A stretch of DNA of 64,000 bases, taken from Candidatus Nomurabacteria bacterium GW2011_GWB1_43_19. GTDB taxonomy: Bacteria; Patescibacteriota; Minisyncoccia; Phycocordibacterales; UBA9973. Positions 39,611-49,988 of this stretch are shown here, piece after piece (the stretch's first letter is position 1; each line of letters begins with the position of its first letter). The notes under the pieces were generated by a model. The model was not told the DNA's origin and did not search any database. It saw only the letters and a list, made by a program, of their open reading frames with translations. Both the position numbers and the translations under genes were made by a program. The stretch is taken from NCBI GenBank assembly GCA_000999465.1, contig LCGB01000003.1, positions 4,252 through 68,251 of the forward strand, written 5' to 3'.

Positions 39611-39654
39611 GCGTATTTGTTGCGTTTTATCCGTTTTTGGAATACAATATGTGT

Positions 39655-39918
39655 ATGCGTAAAGCAAGAATACTTTTGATTTTGGGAATTTGGATTGCAG
39701 TATTGCCATATTTGGGTTTTCCGTATTCATGGAAAGATGTTCTGTTTACTCTTTCCGGATTGGGGCTCATTTGGTTTAGTTATATGTTATATAGAGGACA
39801 CAAAAAGGAAGAAGGTCAGGGAGAAACCTTCGATAATTTTAAAGAAAATGGCGCTTTTGGCAACAACGAAAACAAAAATGACGTGGCGACGGGAGAATCG
39901 CAAGAACACATAAAATAA
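39655..39918 (+). CDS. Small membrane protein
   Basis: Two TM segments (LPYLGFP) and an acidic tail. Confidence 0.6.
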   Translation: MRKARILLILGIWIAVLPYLGFPYSWKDVLFTLSGLGLIWFSYMLYRGHKKEEGQGETFDNFKENGAFGNNENKNDVATGESQEHIK

Positions 39919-39931
39919 AAAATCTAAAAAT

Positions 39932-41143
39932 ATGGAACATTTTTCTAAAACAAAGTATGTTGCGGCTACTGTTTTGTTTATAGCTTTATTTTTTATTTTC
40001 GGCGTCTATGTCGGAGACCAAAATCGCCCGGCAATAGATAAAGTTCTTGGTATTTCCGGCAAAGAAACGGCTGTTGAGACCCAAACGGATTTTTCCCCGT
40101 TTTGGAAAGTTTGGAATACCATTAATGAAAAACACCCAACCGCGAGCAAAACAACCGATCAAGACAGGGTTTATGGGGCAATTTCAGGGTTGGTAGGCTC
40201 GCTAAACGACCCATATAGCGTGTTTTTAACCCCAGAAGAGGCAAAATCATTTGGAGACGAAATAGCCGGCAACTTTGACGGAATTGGCATGGAAATCGGC
40301 ATAAAAAATAAAGTGCTCACCGTCATCGCTCCGCTTAAAGACACTCCCGCCTATAGGGCCGACATTAAATCCGGTGATAAAATTATTAGAATTGATAAAA
40401 CAGACACAATAGATTTAAGCGTTGAAGAGGCAATTAAGTTAATTCGGGGACCAAAAGGAACAGTTGTTACTCTTACCATTCTCCGCGAAGGAACAGAGCA
40501 ACCAAAAGAAATAAAAATTACCAGAGACACTATAAATATACCGACTTTAGACACAGAGTTGAGAGAAGACGGTATTTTTGTAATCAAACTTTATAGTTTT
40601 TCCGCCAATTCCGCCGGTCTTTTCCGTAATGCGATAGAACAATTTGCAGAGGCAAAAACAGACAAACTTCTCCTTGATTTGCGGGGCAACCCGGGCGGAT
40701 ATCTGGAAGCATCCGTAAACATGGCCAGTTGGTTTCTGGAAGGAGGGAAAGTCGTTGTGACCGAGGACTACGGTAACGGCAGGAAGGCGCACGTTTACCG
40801 AAGCAAAGGCTATGATATATTCAATGACAAATTAAAATTCGTAGTTCTGATAGACGGCGGCTCCGCTTCGGCTTCGGAGATACTAGCTGGTGCCCTGCAG
40901 GACCACAGACGCGCTAAACTGGTGGGGGAGAACAGCTTCGGCAAAGGTTCCGTCCAGCAAGTGGTGGATATAACTTCGGATACTATCCTTAAAATCACTG
41001 TCGCTAAATGGCTGACTCCGAACGGAATTTCCATTTCGGAAAAAGGCCTGACTCCGGACTACTTCGTTGAAATAACGGAAAAAGACATCAAGGCGAAAAG
41101 AGATCCGCAAATGGATAAAGCGGTGGAGTTATTATTAAAATAG
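39932..41143 (+). CDS. ctpA: S41 carboxy-terminal processing protease
   Basis: DPYS, GIG (PDZ), DLRGNPGG, SASASE, FGKG. Confidence 0.93.
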   Translation: MEHFSKTKYVAATVLFIALFFIFGVYVGDQNRPAIDKVLGISGKETAVETQTDFSPFWKVWNTINEKHPTASKTTDQDRVYGAISGLVGSLNDPYSVFLTPEEAKSFGDEIAGNFDGIGMEIGIKNKVLTVIAPLKDTPAYRADIKSGDKIIRIDKTDTIDLSVEEAIKLIRGPKGTVVTLTILREGTEQPKEIKITRDTINIPTLDTELREDGIFVIKLYSFSANSAGLFRNAIEQFAEAKTDKLLLDLRGNPGGYLEASVNMASWFLEGGKVVVTEDYGNGRKAHVYRSKGYDIFNDKLKFVVLIDGGSASASEILAGALQDHRRAKLVGENSFGKGSVQQVVDITSDTILKITVAKWLTPNGISISEKGLTPDYFVEITEKDIKAKRDPQMDKAVELLLK

Positions 41144-41145
41144 GT

Positions 41146-41189
41146 CCATAAGTCAGACATATAGGGATTCCCACATGTCTGACTTATGG
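41146..41189. repeat. Intergenic palindrome, ATGTC[AT]GACAT family
   Basis: CCATAAGTCAGACAT-14 nt-ATGTCTGACTTATGG. Confidence 0.85.
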
Positions 41190-41198
41190 GAAATAAAG

Positions 41199-41663
41199 AT
41201 GAAAGTAATATTTTTACAAGACGTAGTACGGGTAGGAAAGAGGCACGACATAAAGGAAGTCAACGACGGCTACGCTATGAATTTTTTGATTCCAAGAAAA
41301 TTAGCCGAACTTGCCACCCCGAGAGCGACCGCCGAACTGGAAAAGAGAATGAAAAATATAACTATTGAAAAAGAAGTGCAGGAAGACCTTTTGATGAAAA
41401 ATCTGGAAGAAATAAAAGGTAAAATTGTTCATATTCAGGCCAAAACGGACGAAAAAGGGCATCTGTTTTCTAAAATTCACGACAAAGACATCGTAGAAGC
41501 GATGAAAAACGAACATCATGCTGATATTAGTAAAGAATTTATCGTTCTAGAAAAGCCAATTAAAGAAATAGGGGAGTTCGATATCCCGATTGAAATACCT
41601 GCCCCGTCCGTGGCGGGGAAGGGCAAAAAATCATCATTCAAGCTTATCATTGAGAAAGAATAG
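41199..41663 (+). CDS. rplI: 50S ribosomal protein L9
   Basis: MKVIFLQDV, GYAMNFLIP, GHLF, PIKEIG; small GC hairpin insert at 41598-41622. Confidence 0.93.
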   Translation: MKVIFLQDVVRVGKRHDIKEVNDGYAMNFLIPRKLAELATPRATAELEKRMKNITIEKEVQEDLLMKNLEEIKGKIVHIQAKTDEKGHLFSKIHDKDIVEAMKNEHHADISKEFIVLEKPIKEIGEFDIPIEIPAPSVAGKGKKSSFKLIIEKE

Positions 41664-41670
41664 ACGATGA

Positions 41671-41700
41671 ATAAAAAATCCCCATTCGGGGATTTTTTAT
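41671..41700. terminator. Bidirectional intrinsic terminator
   Basis: ATAAAAAATCCCC-ATTC-GGGGATTTTTTAT between convergent rplI and rpmA. Confidence 0.85.
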
Positions 41701-41973
41701 TCATATTATGTTTACTGTTTTTTTGACTATAATTCTGCCATGGAAGGAGGTCTTGCGCTTGGAACCGAATTTGACGGTGCCATCTTTTAGGGAAAAAAGG
41801 GTATGGTCCCGGCCGGTTGATACGTTATTACCCGCCATAATGGGCGTTCCGCGCTGGCGGACGATAATAGACCCGGACTGGGCCTTTTGGCCGTCGGCCA
41901 GCTTAATACCGAGGTATTTTGGGTTTGAGTCCCTTAAGTTTTTGGCGGTACCGCCGGCTTTTCTATGTGCCAT
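41701..41973 (-). CDS. rpmA: 50S ribosomal protein L27
   Basis: [26 protein letters not shown]. Confidence 0.96.
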   Translation of the reverse strand: MAHRKAGGTAKNLRDSNPKYLGIKLADGQKAQSGSIIVRQRGTPIMAGNNVSTGRDHTLFSLKDGTVKFGSKRKTSFHGRIIVKKTVNII

Positions 41974-42041
41974 ATTGTTTTTATGTTAAAATAAAATGCA
42001 ATAGATGAGTAATCTATTACTTAATAAGTATATATCGATAT

Positions 42042-42401
42042 ATGCAAAAAATCAAGCGATTTTGGGAAAGCGAGAAGGGGAAGGATATTCTGATAGTTAT
42101 TATCGTGATTTTAGTAGGCCTGGGATCGTTTGAACTGGGTCGGCTATCCAAAGAAAGCGCCCAGGGAGGCCTAAAAATAGAGTATCCGGGCCTAAATGGG
42201 GCTCAAGAGGCCAATGTGATTTCGACGGCCGCACCCGCAGAAAGATTCGGAAAAAATTTCTTCGCTTCAAATCGGGGAACTAAATATTACTCAATCGGCT
42301 GTTCCGGCGGCAAAACCATCAAAGAAGAAAATAGGGTTTGGTTTTGGACAGGGGAGGAAGCCGAAGAGGCCGGATATGCGCTTTCCGCCTCGTGTCAGTA
42401 A
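42042..42401 (+). CDS. Membrane-anchored protein with Ada-like metal-binding C-terminus
   Basis: TM helix then FASNRGTKYY..C...I..EN..F...EEA..AGY. Confidence 0.6.
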   Translation: MQKIKRFWESEKGKDILIVIIVILVGLGSFELGRLSKESAQGGLKIEYPGLNGAQEANVISTAAPAERFGKNFFASNRGTKYYSIGCSGGKTIKEENRVWFWTGEEAEEAGYALSASCQ

Positions 42402-42559
42402 TCTATATCCACGTCGCACAATATATGTTTGCGGCCACCTTTAGTGTATCTCAAACATTACGTAGATTGTACGTACGTTAAAACGTCGTACAATCTACTT
42501 CAATAATTCATTATTTATTCACAATATGCTGCTCTGCGGCCTATGTGTGCCTCCTTAAT

Positions 42560-42886
42560 TCACTGCGGAAGTTTCAGAGCGTCGCCCGCTTTATCAAAAT
42601 CCGTAGGTTGGCCGTCGCGGATGCGCTCCATGTTGGAAATGAATCCTTTCCAAAAAATATCTATCCAAACATCATTCCAGAGATATGAGACCGGCTCGGC
42701 CAAATAGGCCGTCCATAAGCTTTTAGTGCCTCCGGCGACATAATTTATGTTTTCCTGCCCTGTGGGGCTCTCCACGACGGCTTTGATGCTGATATTGAAA
42801 TAGCTAAGCACTAAAATGATTATAACGGCTAAGACCAGAACTCCAATGATGCTTATCCCCTTTTGGTTGTTGTCCAATTTTTTCAT
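42560..42886 (-). CDS. Pilin-like protein (class III signal peptide)
   Basis: QKG|ISII followed by a hydrophobic helix. Confidence 0.55.
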   Translation of the reverse strand: MKKLDNNQKGISIIGVLVLAVIIILVLSYFNISIKAVVESPTGQENINYVAGGTKSLWTAYLAEPVSYLWNDVWIDIFWKGFISNMERIRDGQPTDFDKAGDALKLPQ

Positions 42887-42923
42887 TTGATTTTAAAAAA
42901 TCACCTACTGGGTCGGGTTATTT

Positions 42924-43061
42924 TTATTGAAAAACTCCGCTAAAAAATGACACAAACCAATTCCAAACTCCGGAAACGGTTACTCCCAAGAATTTCATTA
43001 TGAGTAAAGCAATGATAATGAAAATAATTATTTGCAAAAATCCTTTTTCTTTGTTTTTCAT
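42924..43061 (-). CDS. 45-aa pilin-like protein (not in ORF track)
   Basis: MKNKEKG|FLQIIIFIIIALLIMKFLGVTVSGVWNWFVSFFSGVFQ. Confidence 0.6.
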   Translation of the reverse strand: MKNKEKGFLQIIIFIIIALLIMKFLGVTVSGVWNWFVSFFSGVFQ

Positions 43062-43116
43062 TTTATTTATCATATGTATATTTTACCACAAATTACCAAA
43101 TCAGGGCAATATTATC

Positions 43117-44394
43117 TTAGCGGAGTGAATAAAGAGGCAAGTAAAGCATTGGATCAAGATGTGCATTGATTGCTGACACTCTAGGTTGAACTAAAGTTTT
43201 ACCGGGATAAGCCCTACTCTCAAAAGAATCCACCTGGACCCCGCTCGATACATACAGCGAAACGTGCAAATGAGGCCCCGTAGAAGAGCCGGTATTGCCA
43301 CTGTAGCCCACCACCTCTCCTCTTCCGACTTTTTGTCCTTCTCTCACGCTAATTAGCGAAAGATGCCCGTAAGCGCTGGAAAGGCCGTTATTGTATTCTA
43401 TAAATATCCACTTGCCGAAAGACGCGCCGGGACAACATATATCCGTATCCCCTATTCCTCTGACCGTACCCTCCGCCATAGCTTTTACCGGAGTTCCAAC
43501 CGCCGCGCGAAAATCAGTACCACGATGAAATCCTCCCCACCTAGGAGCATAAGGCGAAGTAACATAGATACTATCAAGAGGCCAACTCAATAATCGACCT
43601 TTTGGTATTTGTGAAGGGTCTAGAATAAGTTGAAGCTGGGCTTCGTAATCCTGCAATTCTTTTTCAAAAGCGTCCCTTTGGGCGATCCGGTCTTTTAATA
43701 ATTTTTGGTAATTGGCTTCGTTATTTTTTGTCTGCGTTAAAAGCTTATTCTTTTCATTTGTGTTTTGCACGACTATCTTCTGTTGGTCTGAAAGCTGGGA
43801 CTTGAGCTTGGTTAGTTCGTTTTTTGCGTCAATGGTCACCTTTCTGGTATCTTCCAACGCGCCCTTCATTTGTTTCAACTCAACTATATCTGCCCTGATT
43901 CTCTCGCGCACCGCAATCATACTATCTATATCATTCCAAATAACAGAAAAATCATTGTCGGATAATATGGTTTCCACAATGCCTGCCTGTTCAAATTCAT
44001 TGATGTTTTTAATTCCAAGTTTAATGGAATCTATATTGTTTCCTATGGAATTTTCTTTACTGTTTATATCCGAACTCAGGCTTTGTATTTTGAGATTGGT
44101 TTTATCTATTTTGTTTTGCGTTATGGAAATATCCGCATTTAATTTTTTTTTGGTTATATCCAGTTCTTTCAAAGATTTACTTAAAGAACTTTTTTGTTGT
44201 TCTAGACCGTTAAGTTGCGTTTGGTAAGCGGCAATTTCCTGCTCCAACTTCCGGATGTCAGAATCTTTTTCCGATATTTTATTCCGTATCTCGGTGGCCG
44301 TCTGCGCATGGGAAAAAACAACGGGCACCGCCAAAAGAACTGCCAGTAAAACAACAATATTAAACAGCTTTTTGTAGTCGGGATATGGTTTCAT
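43117..44394 (-). CDS. Coiled-coil M23 peptidase (EnvC/CwlO-like); start uncertain
   Basis: Signal peptide, long coiled coil, HRGTD, YGHL, STGPHLH. Confidence 0.85.
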   Translation of the reverse strand: MKPYPDYKKLFNIVVLLAVLLAVPVVFSHAQTATEIRNKISEKDSDIRKLEQEIAAYQTQLNGLEQQKSSLSKSLKELDITKKKLNADISITQNKIDKTNLKIQSLSSDINSKENSIGNNIDSIKLGIKNINEFEQAGIVETILSDNDFSVIWNDIDSMIAVRERIRADIVELKQMKGALEDTRKVTIDAKNELTKLKSQLSDQQKIVVQNTNEKNKLLTQTKNNEANYQKLLKDRIAQRDAFEKELQDYEAQLQLILDPSQIPKGRLLSWPLDSIYVTSPYAPRWGGFHRGTDFRAAVGTPVKAMAEGTVRGIGDTDICCPGASFGKWIFIEYNNGLSSAYGHLSLISVREGQKVGRGEVVGYSGNTGSSTGPHLHVSLYVSSGVQVDSFESRAYPGKTLVQPRVSAINAHLDPMLYLPLYSLR

Positions 44395-45778
44395 TTTTTC
44401 CTAAAATCTCAGCGATAATAAAAGGGTCCGGGGATTTATCAAGACCCGATAACGCGAAACGGAGAGGGTGTAACAGTCCTCCCCTGCTCTCCAGTTTGTC
44501 CGCAAGAACCATTAACGCTGTTTTAATTTTCTCCTGTTTGAAATCTTTCTCATCCAAAACTTGGAGAATATCTATCGCTTGTTTTAAATTCTCCGATATT
44601 TTTTGAGGTGAAGCATTTTTAAAAATCAGTTTTTCTTTTCCGTATTTCGGCTGCTTGAAAAAGAAATCTAGCTCTCCTTTCCCAGTCATGTCTTTAACAT
44701 CTCCCCACTTGGAAATTCTTTCCAAAATTACCGGAACCAGTTTGGAGTTTTGCATTTCTTTCGGTAAATATTCTAAAATATTTTTTTCTACCTCTTTCGG
44801 CGGGAGCAGTTTGATATGTTCCTTGTTCATCCAATCCAATTTCTCGTCATTCCACTGCGCGCCGGAGCGTTGGATTTTGGCAAGGTCAAAAACTTTAATC
44901 AGTTCCCCGCGGGTGTATATTTCTTTTTCCCCGCCCGGGTTAAAGCCGAGAAATGCCAAATAATTTATCATTGTGTCCGGCAAATATCCTTCCTTCTTGT
45001 ATTCCAAAATATCTTTCGCGCCGTCTCGCTTGCTTAATTTCTTTTTCCCGTCGGCCGCCATAATCGGAGGCGTGGTGACGAAAAAAGGCGGCAGAACACC
45101 GAATGCTTCGTATAAAGACAGGAATTTCGGAGTAGAAGCGATGAATTCCTGCCCCCGCACCACATGGGTCACTTTCATTTCTATGTCGTCCACCACATGC
45201 GCGAAATTATAGGTCGGGTAGCCGTCGCTTTTTATTAAAATAAAATCTTCCAGCGCTTCCTCGCCGGCGGAAAGCTCTCCCCAGACAATATCGTTCCAGA
45301 CCGTGCGCTTGAGTTCCGCTATTTTGAACCGAAGCGGCCGAGTCCCGTCCCAGGCGGGAGGATTCTCCGGCCGGTGTTTCCGGTATAAAAACGGCTTTTT
45401 TTCTTCCTCCGCTTTTTTCCGGAATTCCTCAATCTCATTCTCCGCGTAAGGATCCGCGTAAGCCAGGCCTTTTTGAATGAGCGTCTCCGCGTATTTTTTA
45501 TATAGTTCTAGGCGCTCCGACTGGACATAGGGCGCGTGGGGCCCTCCGATGTCCGGACCCTGGTCCCAATCCAAACCAAGCCATTTGAGCGATTCCTGGA
45601 TGTGTAGAATTGAGCCCTCCACTTCCCTCTCCTTGTCCGTGTCCTCAATCCGCAGGACAAATTGGCCGTTATTTTTCCTGGCGAAAAGCCACGCATAGAG
45701 CGCGGTCCTGACCCCGCCCACATGCATAAACCCTGTCGGCGAAGGCGCAAATCTGGTTACGACTTTTTTATCGGGCAT
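44360..45778 (-). CDS. gltX: Glutamate--tRNA ligase
   Basis: RFAPSPTG, HVGG, RIEDTD, KLSKR. Confidence 0.95.
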   Translation of the reverse strand: MPDKKVVTRFAPSPTGFMHVGGVRTALYAWLFARKNNGQFVLRIEDTDKEREVEGSILHIQESLKWLGLDWDQGPDIGGPHAPYVQSERLELYKKYAETLIQKGLAYADPYAENEIEEFRKKAEEEKKPFLYRKHRPENPPAWDGTRPLRFKIAELKRTVWNDIVWGELSAGEEALEDFILIKSDGYPTYNFAHVVDDIEMKVTHVVRGQEFIASTPKFLSLYEAFGVLPPFFVTTPPIMAADGKKKLSKRDGAKDILEYKKEGYLPDTMINYLAFLGFNPGGEKEIYTRGELIKVFDLAKIQRSGAQWNDEKLDWMNKEHIKLLPPKEVEKNILEYLPKEMQNSKLVPVILERISKWGDVKDMTGKGELDFFFKQPKYGKEKLIFKNASPQKISENLKQAIDILQVLDEKDFKQEKIKTALMVLADKLESRGGLLHPLRFALSGLDKSPDPFIIAEILGKNETISRLQKAV

Positions 45779-45821
45779 AGTGCCATTTTAGCACTTATTT
45801 CCTTATTTTGAAAATTAAAAA

Positions 45822-46952
45822 TTATTTCTCGTGGCTCAAGGCCATATCCACCAACTCTTGGGCGATTTTCTCGGCTGCGCCGCTCTTGCTAAAAGCCTTG
45901 GCATTTTGCGACATTTTTTCATAGTCCGTTTTGTTTTCCGTTATTCTTTCAATTTCCGAACTAAGAATATTGGCGGTCATGTTCATTTCTTCCACGACGC
46001 TGCAGGCGCCCGCCCGCGCGTAATTGAAAGCATTTTTTCTGGAATGGTCGGCATTTGAATTGGTAAAAGGAACCAAAATTGACGGCACTCCCCAGCCGGC
46101 TATCTCAAACAAAGTTGAACCGGCGCGGGAAACAATGACGGTCGCCGCCCCGGCCGCCATTTTCATTTGTAACGAATTTAAATAAGCAACGGGTCGATAT
46201 CTTGGCTTATATTTATCAACAGTAAGCGCAACCTCGGCTTGTCCGGAAACAACTCTAAAGTTTTTTATGCCGGTTTGATGAATGATTTGGTAATTTTTCG
46301 TCAACCTCGGCAACGCGTCAAGAACGGTATTGTTTATCAATTCCGCGCCTTGAGAGCCCCCTAAAATTAAAATTACAGGCACTTTCGGTTCCATTTTAAA
46401 ATACTCCAGCGCTTCTTCGCGTGTTGCCTTATGTTCTATTTCAGCCATTATTGGTTGACCCGTCCAGGCAACAACTTTTTTTGGAAAGTAAGCAGCCGCC
46501 TCGGGAAAAGAAACAGCGACTTTTTTGGCAAAATGTCCGGCCCATTTATTCACCCGCCCGGGAACGGAATCAGATTCGTGAATTATCACGGGAATGCGCA
46601 AAATCCTGGCGGCAAAAATCGTGGGAAACGACGCATATCCCCCTTTACCGAAAACGACATCGGGGTAAATTGAAAACAATTTAAAAATTGCGTTAATAAC
46701 GCCAAAAAAAACTTTCAAGCCATCGGAAAAATTTTTAAATGAAAAATAGGTGCGCATTTTCCCGGTTTTTATTTTTTCAAAATGAAGCCCGTTTTCAATA
46801 AGTATTTCTTTGTCGTAAGGATCGTCGGAAATATAGAAGAGTTTGGCTCCGATGATATGTTCTTTGTCTATTGTCTGATTCACTTTCTGAGCAACGGCGA
46901 TAAGCGGGTAAAAATGTCCGCCTGTTCCGCCGCCCGTAAAAACTATTTTCAT
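45822..46952 (-). CDS. murG: Lipid II glycosyltransferase MurG
   Basis: GGGTGGH, KGGYAS, HES, GGSQGA, SRAG. Confidence 0.95.
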   Translation of the reverse strand: MKIVFTGGGTGGHFYPLIAVAQKVNQTIDKEHIIGAKLFYISDDPYDKEILIENGLHFEKIKTGKMRTYFSFKNFSDGLKVFFGVINAIFKLFSIYPDVVFGKGGYASFPTIFAARILRIPVIIHESDSVPGRVNKWAGHFAKKVAVSFPEAAAYFPKKVVAWTGQPIMAEIEHKATREEALEYFKMEPKVPVILILGGSQGAELINNTVLDALPRLTKNYQIIHQTGIKNFRVVSGQAEVALTVDKYKPRYRPVAYLNSLQMKMAAGAATVIVSRAGSTLFEIAGWGVPSILVPFTNSNADHSRKNAFNYARAGACSVVEEMNMTANILSSEIERITENKTDYEKMSQNAKAFSKSGAAEKIAQELVDMALSHEK

Positions 46953-48049
46953 ATATGTTTTTGGAATTTAGATATGTTAAGCACTATGCCCACGGCCATC
47001 AGATATACCATAAGCGAGGTTCCCCCTTGGCTCATAAACACCAGCGGAACACCTGTTAACGGAAAAACTCCGGTAACGGAGGCAATATGCATAAATGATT
47101 GCGCCGTAATGAGTATAACAATTCCATAGACTAAAAGTCCACTAAAATTATCGGGAGTCCGACCGGCAATCCGAAATCCGCGCAGAATAAAAAGAATATA
47201 AAGAAAGATGGTAACAAAGGCACCCGCGAAACCCAATTCCTCTCCTAAAACAGCAAAAATGGAGTCGCCTTGCGGTTCCGGAAGATAACTGAATTTCTGA
47301 ACGCTTTGTCCGAACCCCCGACCAAAGACCCCGCCGGAACCGAGCGTAATAAGTGATTGTTGAATTTGATAAGAAGCCCCCTGCGCGTCTTGGGATGGAT
47401 TAATAAAAGTTTCCACCCGTTTTTGAAGATAAGGCGTAGAATAAACCAGAGCTCCGAGTAAAATTGCCAGCCCGAGACCGGCACCTAAAATATATCTAAT
47501 GGGAACACCGGAAACAAAAAGCATTGATACGCCGGTAACAGCAATTAAAATGAAGTTTTTAGTATCGGGTTGTTTGAGTAAAATTAAAGCGATAACCGCA
47601 AGCATTATCCCAAGCGGCAAAATACCGAATCTAAAATCTTGCACTTTATTTTTTACCCAAGACAACCACGCCGCAAAATAAATCACGAATCCGAATTTTA
47701 AGAATTCTACCGGTTGAAATCTGGCAAAACCAAGATCTATCCATCTTTCCGCCCCGCCATGACTCCATCCTAGAGAAGGGATAAAAACCGCCGCCGTCAA
47801 TAATATTGATCCGAAAAAAATCAAAAAAGAATATTTGCGCCAGAATTTATAATCAATTTTTAGGCATAAATACATTCCTACAAGACCTAACCCAAGTCCC
47901 AAAATTAATTGGCTAAAAAGTATTGAGTAAAAAGTTTTTTCATTTTTAGCCAGGACTCCGAGCGACGCCGAAATAAACATGGCAACTCCGACGGCCAGCA
48001 AGAGACCGACAATTATCAGAAAAAACTTATCTACTTTTTTTTCTTTCAT
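46949..48049 (-). CDS. ftsW: SEDS protein FtsW
   Basis: GAERW, FQPVE, QPD, YLPE, EELG, SQGG; mraY-ftsW-murG order. Confidence 0.92.
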   Translation of the reverse strand: MKEKKVDKFFLIIVGLLLAVGVAMFISASLGVLAKNEKTFYSILFSQLILGLGLGLVGMYLCLKIDYKFWRKYSFLIFFGSILLTAAVFIPSLGWSHGGAERWIDLGFARFQPVEFLKFGFVIYFAAWLSWVKNKVQDFRFGILPLGIMLAVIALILLKQPDTKNFILIAVTGVSMLFVSGVPIRYILGAGLGLAILLGALVYSTPYLQKRVETFINPSQDAQGASYQIQQSLITLGSGGVFGRGFGQSVQKFSYLPEPQGDSIFAVLGEELGFAGAFVTIFLYILFILRGFRIAGRTPDNFSGLLVYGIVILITAQSFMHIASVTGVFPLTGVPLVFMSQGGTSLMVYLMAVGIVLNISKFQKHI

Positions 48050-48065
48050 TGCTTTTTCCCGTCTT

Positions 48066-49121
48066 CTATCTGCTGATAATGGCTAAAATTATGCCGATAA
48101 TGGCAAAAACCACCGAGAGAATCCAGAAACGCATTGTTACTTTGTATGGTGACCAGCCGATGGCTTCAAAATGGTGGTGTATGGGCGCTAACCTAAAAAT
48201 TCTTTTACCTCCACGTAATTTCTTTGAAACAAGTTGTAAAATAACCGAACCGGATGTAATAACGAGTGGTAGAGCGACAACGGGAAGGATTAGGACCGAA
48301 TCGGTAAGGAATGCTAAGGTCGCCAGGGTGATAGTGAGCCCCATGACACCCGTCTCTCCCATATAAAATCTAGCCGGCGGAATATTGAACCAAAGAAAGG
48401 CTAGGATGGCGCCGGTTATAACTCCAGAAAAGGCGGCAATGTCTATTTGGTTGTTGGCATAAGCTATCGCCGAATAAGCGGTAAATATGGCGGCCAGCAC
48501 TCCGCCCGAGAGCCCGTCAATGCCGTCAATAACCCCGCCGGAAAAAGTGGCAAGCGCAACAATCATGAAAAACGGAATAATCAGAATGTCCAGGTAAATT
48601 TCCCCGCCGAAAGGAATATGGAGAGAAGTCATGCCCAGCTTATAGAAAAACCAGAGGCCTATCAAAAAAGAAATCAGAGCGATGAGAAAGGCCTTCCATT
48701 TGCGCCAGGATTTGTCGTCGCGAGCAAATTTTCCAGTACCATAAATTTGAATCAAGTCATCCCATAGACCTATCAATGAACCGACTAAAAGTGTGAAAAG
48801 TGGTATGAATGTCTGATTACGGCTCAAAAAATTCATTTTCTCCGTATAGAGAGTTGGAAACATTATTGAAACGAGATAAAAAATAAGCGTGGTGAAGAGA
48901 ACACCCATCCAGATTATTATTCCGCCTGCGCGAGGAGTTCGGAGTTCCGCTTCCTCGTTGTGAATTTTCGGAAAGTCGGAAGTGTTTATATTGGTGTTCC
49001 GGGAATACTTCTTCCACATCCTGTATTTGTAGAAAAAATGCGTCGCAACCGGGGTCAATAAAAGGCCCATAAAAAAGGCCACAGTCGTCGGCAGAAAGAT
49101 TTTAATCAGGTCCAAATACAT
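48066..49121 (-). CDS. mraY: Phospho-MurNAc-pentapeptide transferase
   Basis: DD, DGIDGL, FN.PPA, MG, APIHHHFE. Confidence 0.92.
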   Translation of the reverse strand: MYLDLIKIFLPTTVAFFMGLLLTPVATHFFYKYRMWKKYSRNTNINTSDFPKIHNEEAELRTPRAGGIIIWMGVLFTTLIFYLVSIMFPTLYTEKMNFLSRNQTFIPLFTLLVGSLIGLWDDLIQIYGTGKFARDDKSWRKWKAFLIALISFLIGLWFFYKLGMTSLHIPFGGEIYLDILIIPFFMIVALATFSGGVIDGIDGLSGGVLAAIFTAYSAIAYANNQIDIAAFSGVITGAILAFLWFNIPPARFYMGETGVMGLTITLATLAFLTDSVLILPVVALPLVITSGSVILQLVSKKLRGGKRIFRLAPIHHHFEAIGWSPYKVTMRFWILSVVFAIIGIILAIISR

Positions 49122-49175
49122 AGGATGAGTATAGCATTTTTTGATTAAAATGCATCCGTGTGTTATTGTCTTTAA

Positions 49176-49988
49176 GTGAATAATCTAACTTTCAAACACA
49201 TATTGCCGGTCGCCGTATTAATCCTGCTATGTATTCCGATAGCGACTTCTTCGCTTCTGGACTTGGAGCAAAAAAGAGAAAATGAATTGCTTTTGGAGCA
49301 AGAGCGGATTCAAAAAGAGGCCGAATTGAAAATTTACCTGATGGGTAAATTTGAACCGGCAGAAAGGAAGGATTTTTCCTTGATACCCGAGAAATACAAT
49401 GTCGGAGGATACGGGATGTATTTACGGACGGAAACCCTGGATGCATTCTCGCAGATGGCGAACCAAGCGGAGCAAGACGGGGTAAATTTAAGAATCGCTT
49501 CCGCCACCCGGAACTTTACCTATCAAAAAAGCATCTGGGAAAACAAGTGGACCGGTGTGGCCTATGTGGACGGAGAAAATCTTACGAAAAGCATTCCGAA
49601 TGGACTGGAAAGGTTCAAAAAGATATTGGAATATAACTCCGTTCCGGGCATTTCGCGCCATCATTGGGGTACCGATATAGATATCAATAACGCGAACCTC
49701 TCGTATTTCGGGACGAAAGAAGGTAAAAAGGTGTATGAGTGGCTGGTAAATAATGCTTGGATGTTCGGCTTTTGCCAGCCCTATAATTTAAAAGGGAGCG
49801 AACGGCTGACCGGCTACAATGAAGAAAAATGGCATTGGTCCTATCTTCCACTTGCCCAAAATTTTACGCAAGAATATAAAAATTTAATCAAGACAGAAGA
49901 CATCAACGGCTTCCTGGGCGCTGAATATGGTCCGGGAATAAATTTAATCAGCGACTACGTCCTCGGAATTAATCCGGAGTGCCTCTAA
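49176..49988 (+). CDS. M15B (VanY-like) D,D-carboxypeptidase
   Basis: SATR, PGISRHHWGTDID, EKWHW. Confidence 0.85.
   Translation: MNNLTFKHILPVAVLILLCIPIATSSLLDLEQKRENELLLEQERIQKEAELKIYLMGKFEPAERKDFSLIPEKYNVGGYGMYLRTETLDAFSQMANQAEQDGVNLRIASATRNFTYQKSIWENKWTGVAYVDGENLTKSIPNGLERFKKILEYNSVPGISRHHWGTDIDINNANLSYFGTKEGKKVYEWLVNNAWMFGFCQPYNLKGSERLTGYNEEKWHWSYLPLAQNFTQEYKNLIKTEDINGFLGAEYGPGINLISDYVLGINPECL

Noticed and set aside
42462-42498. Hairpin GTAGATTGTACG...CGTACAATCTAC as a novel element
   Set aside because: Single copy between convergent genes; most simply a terminator.
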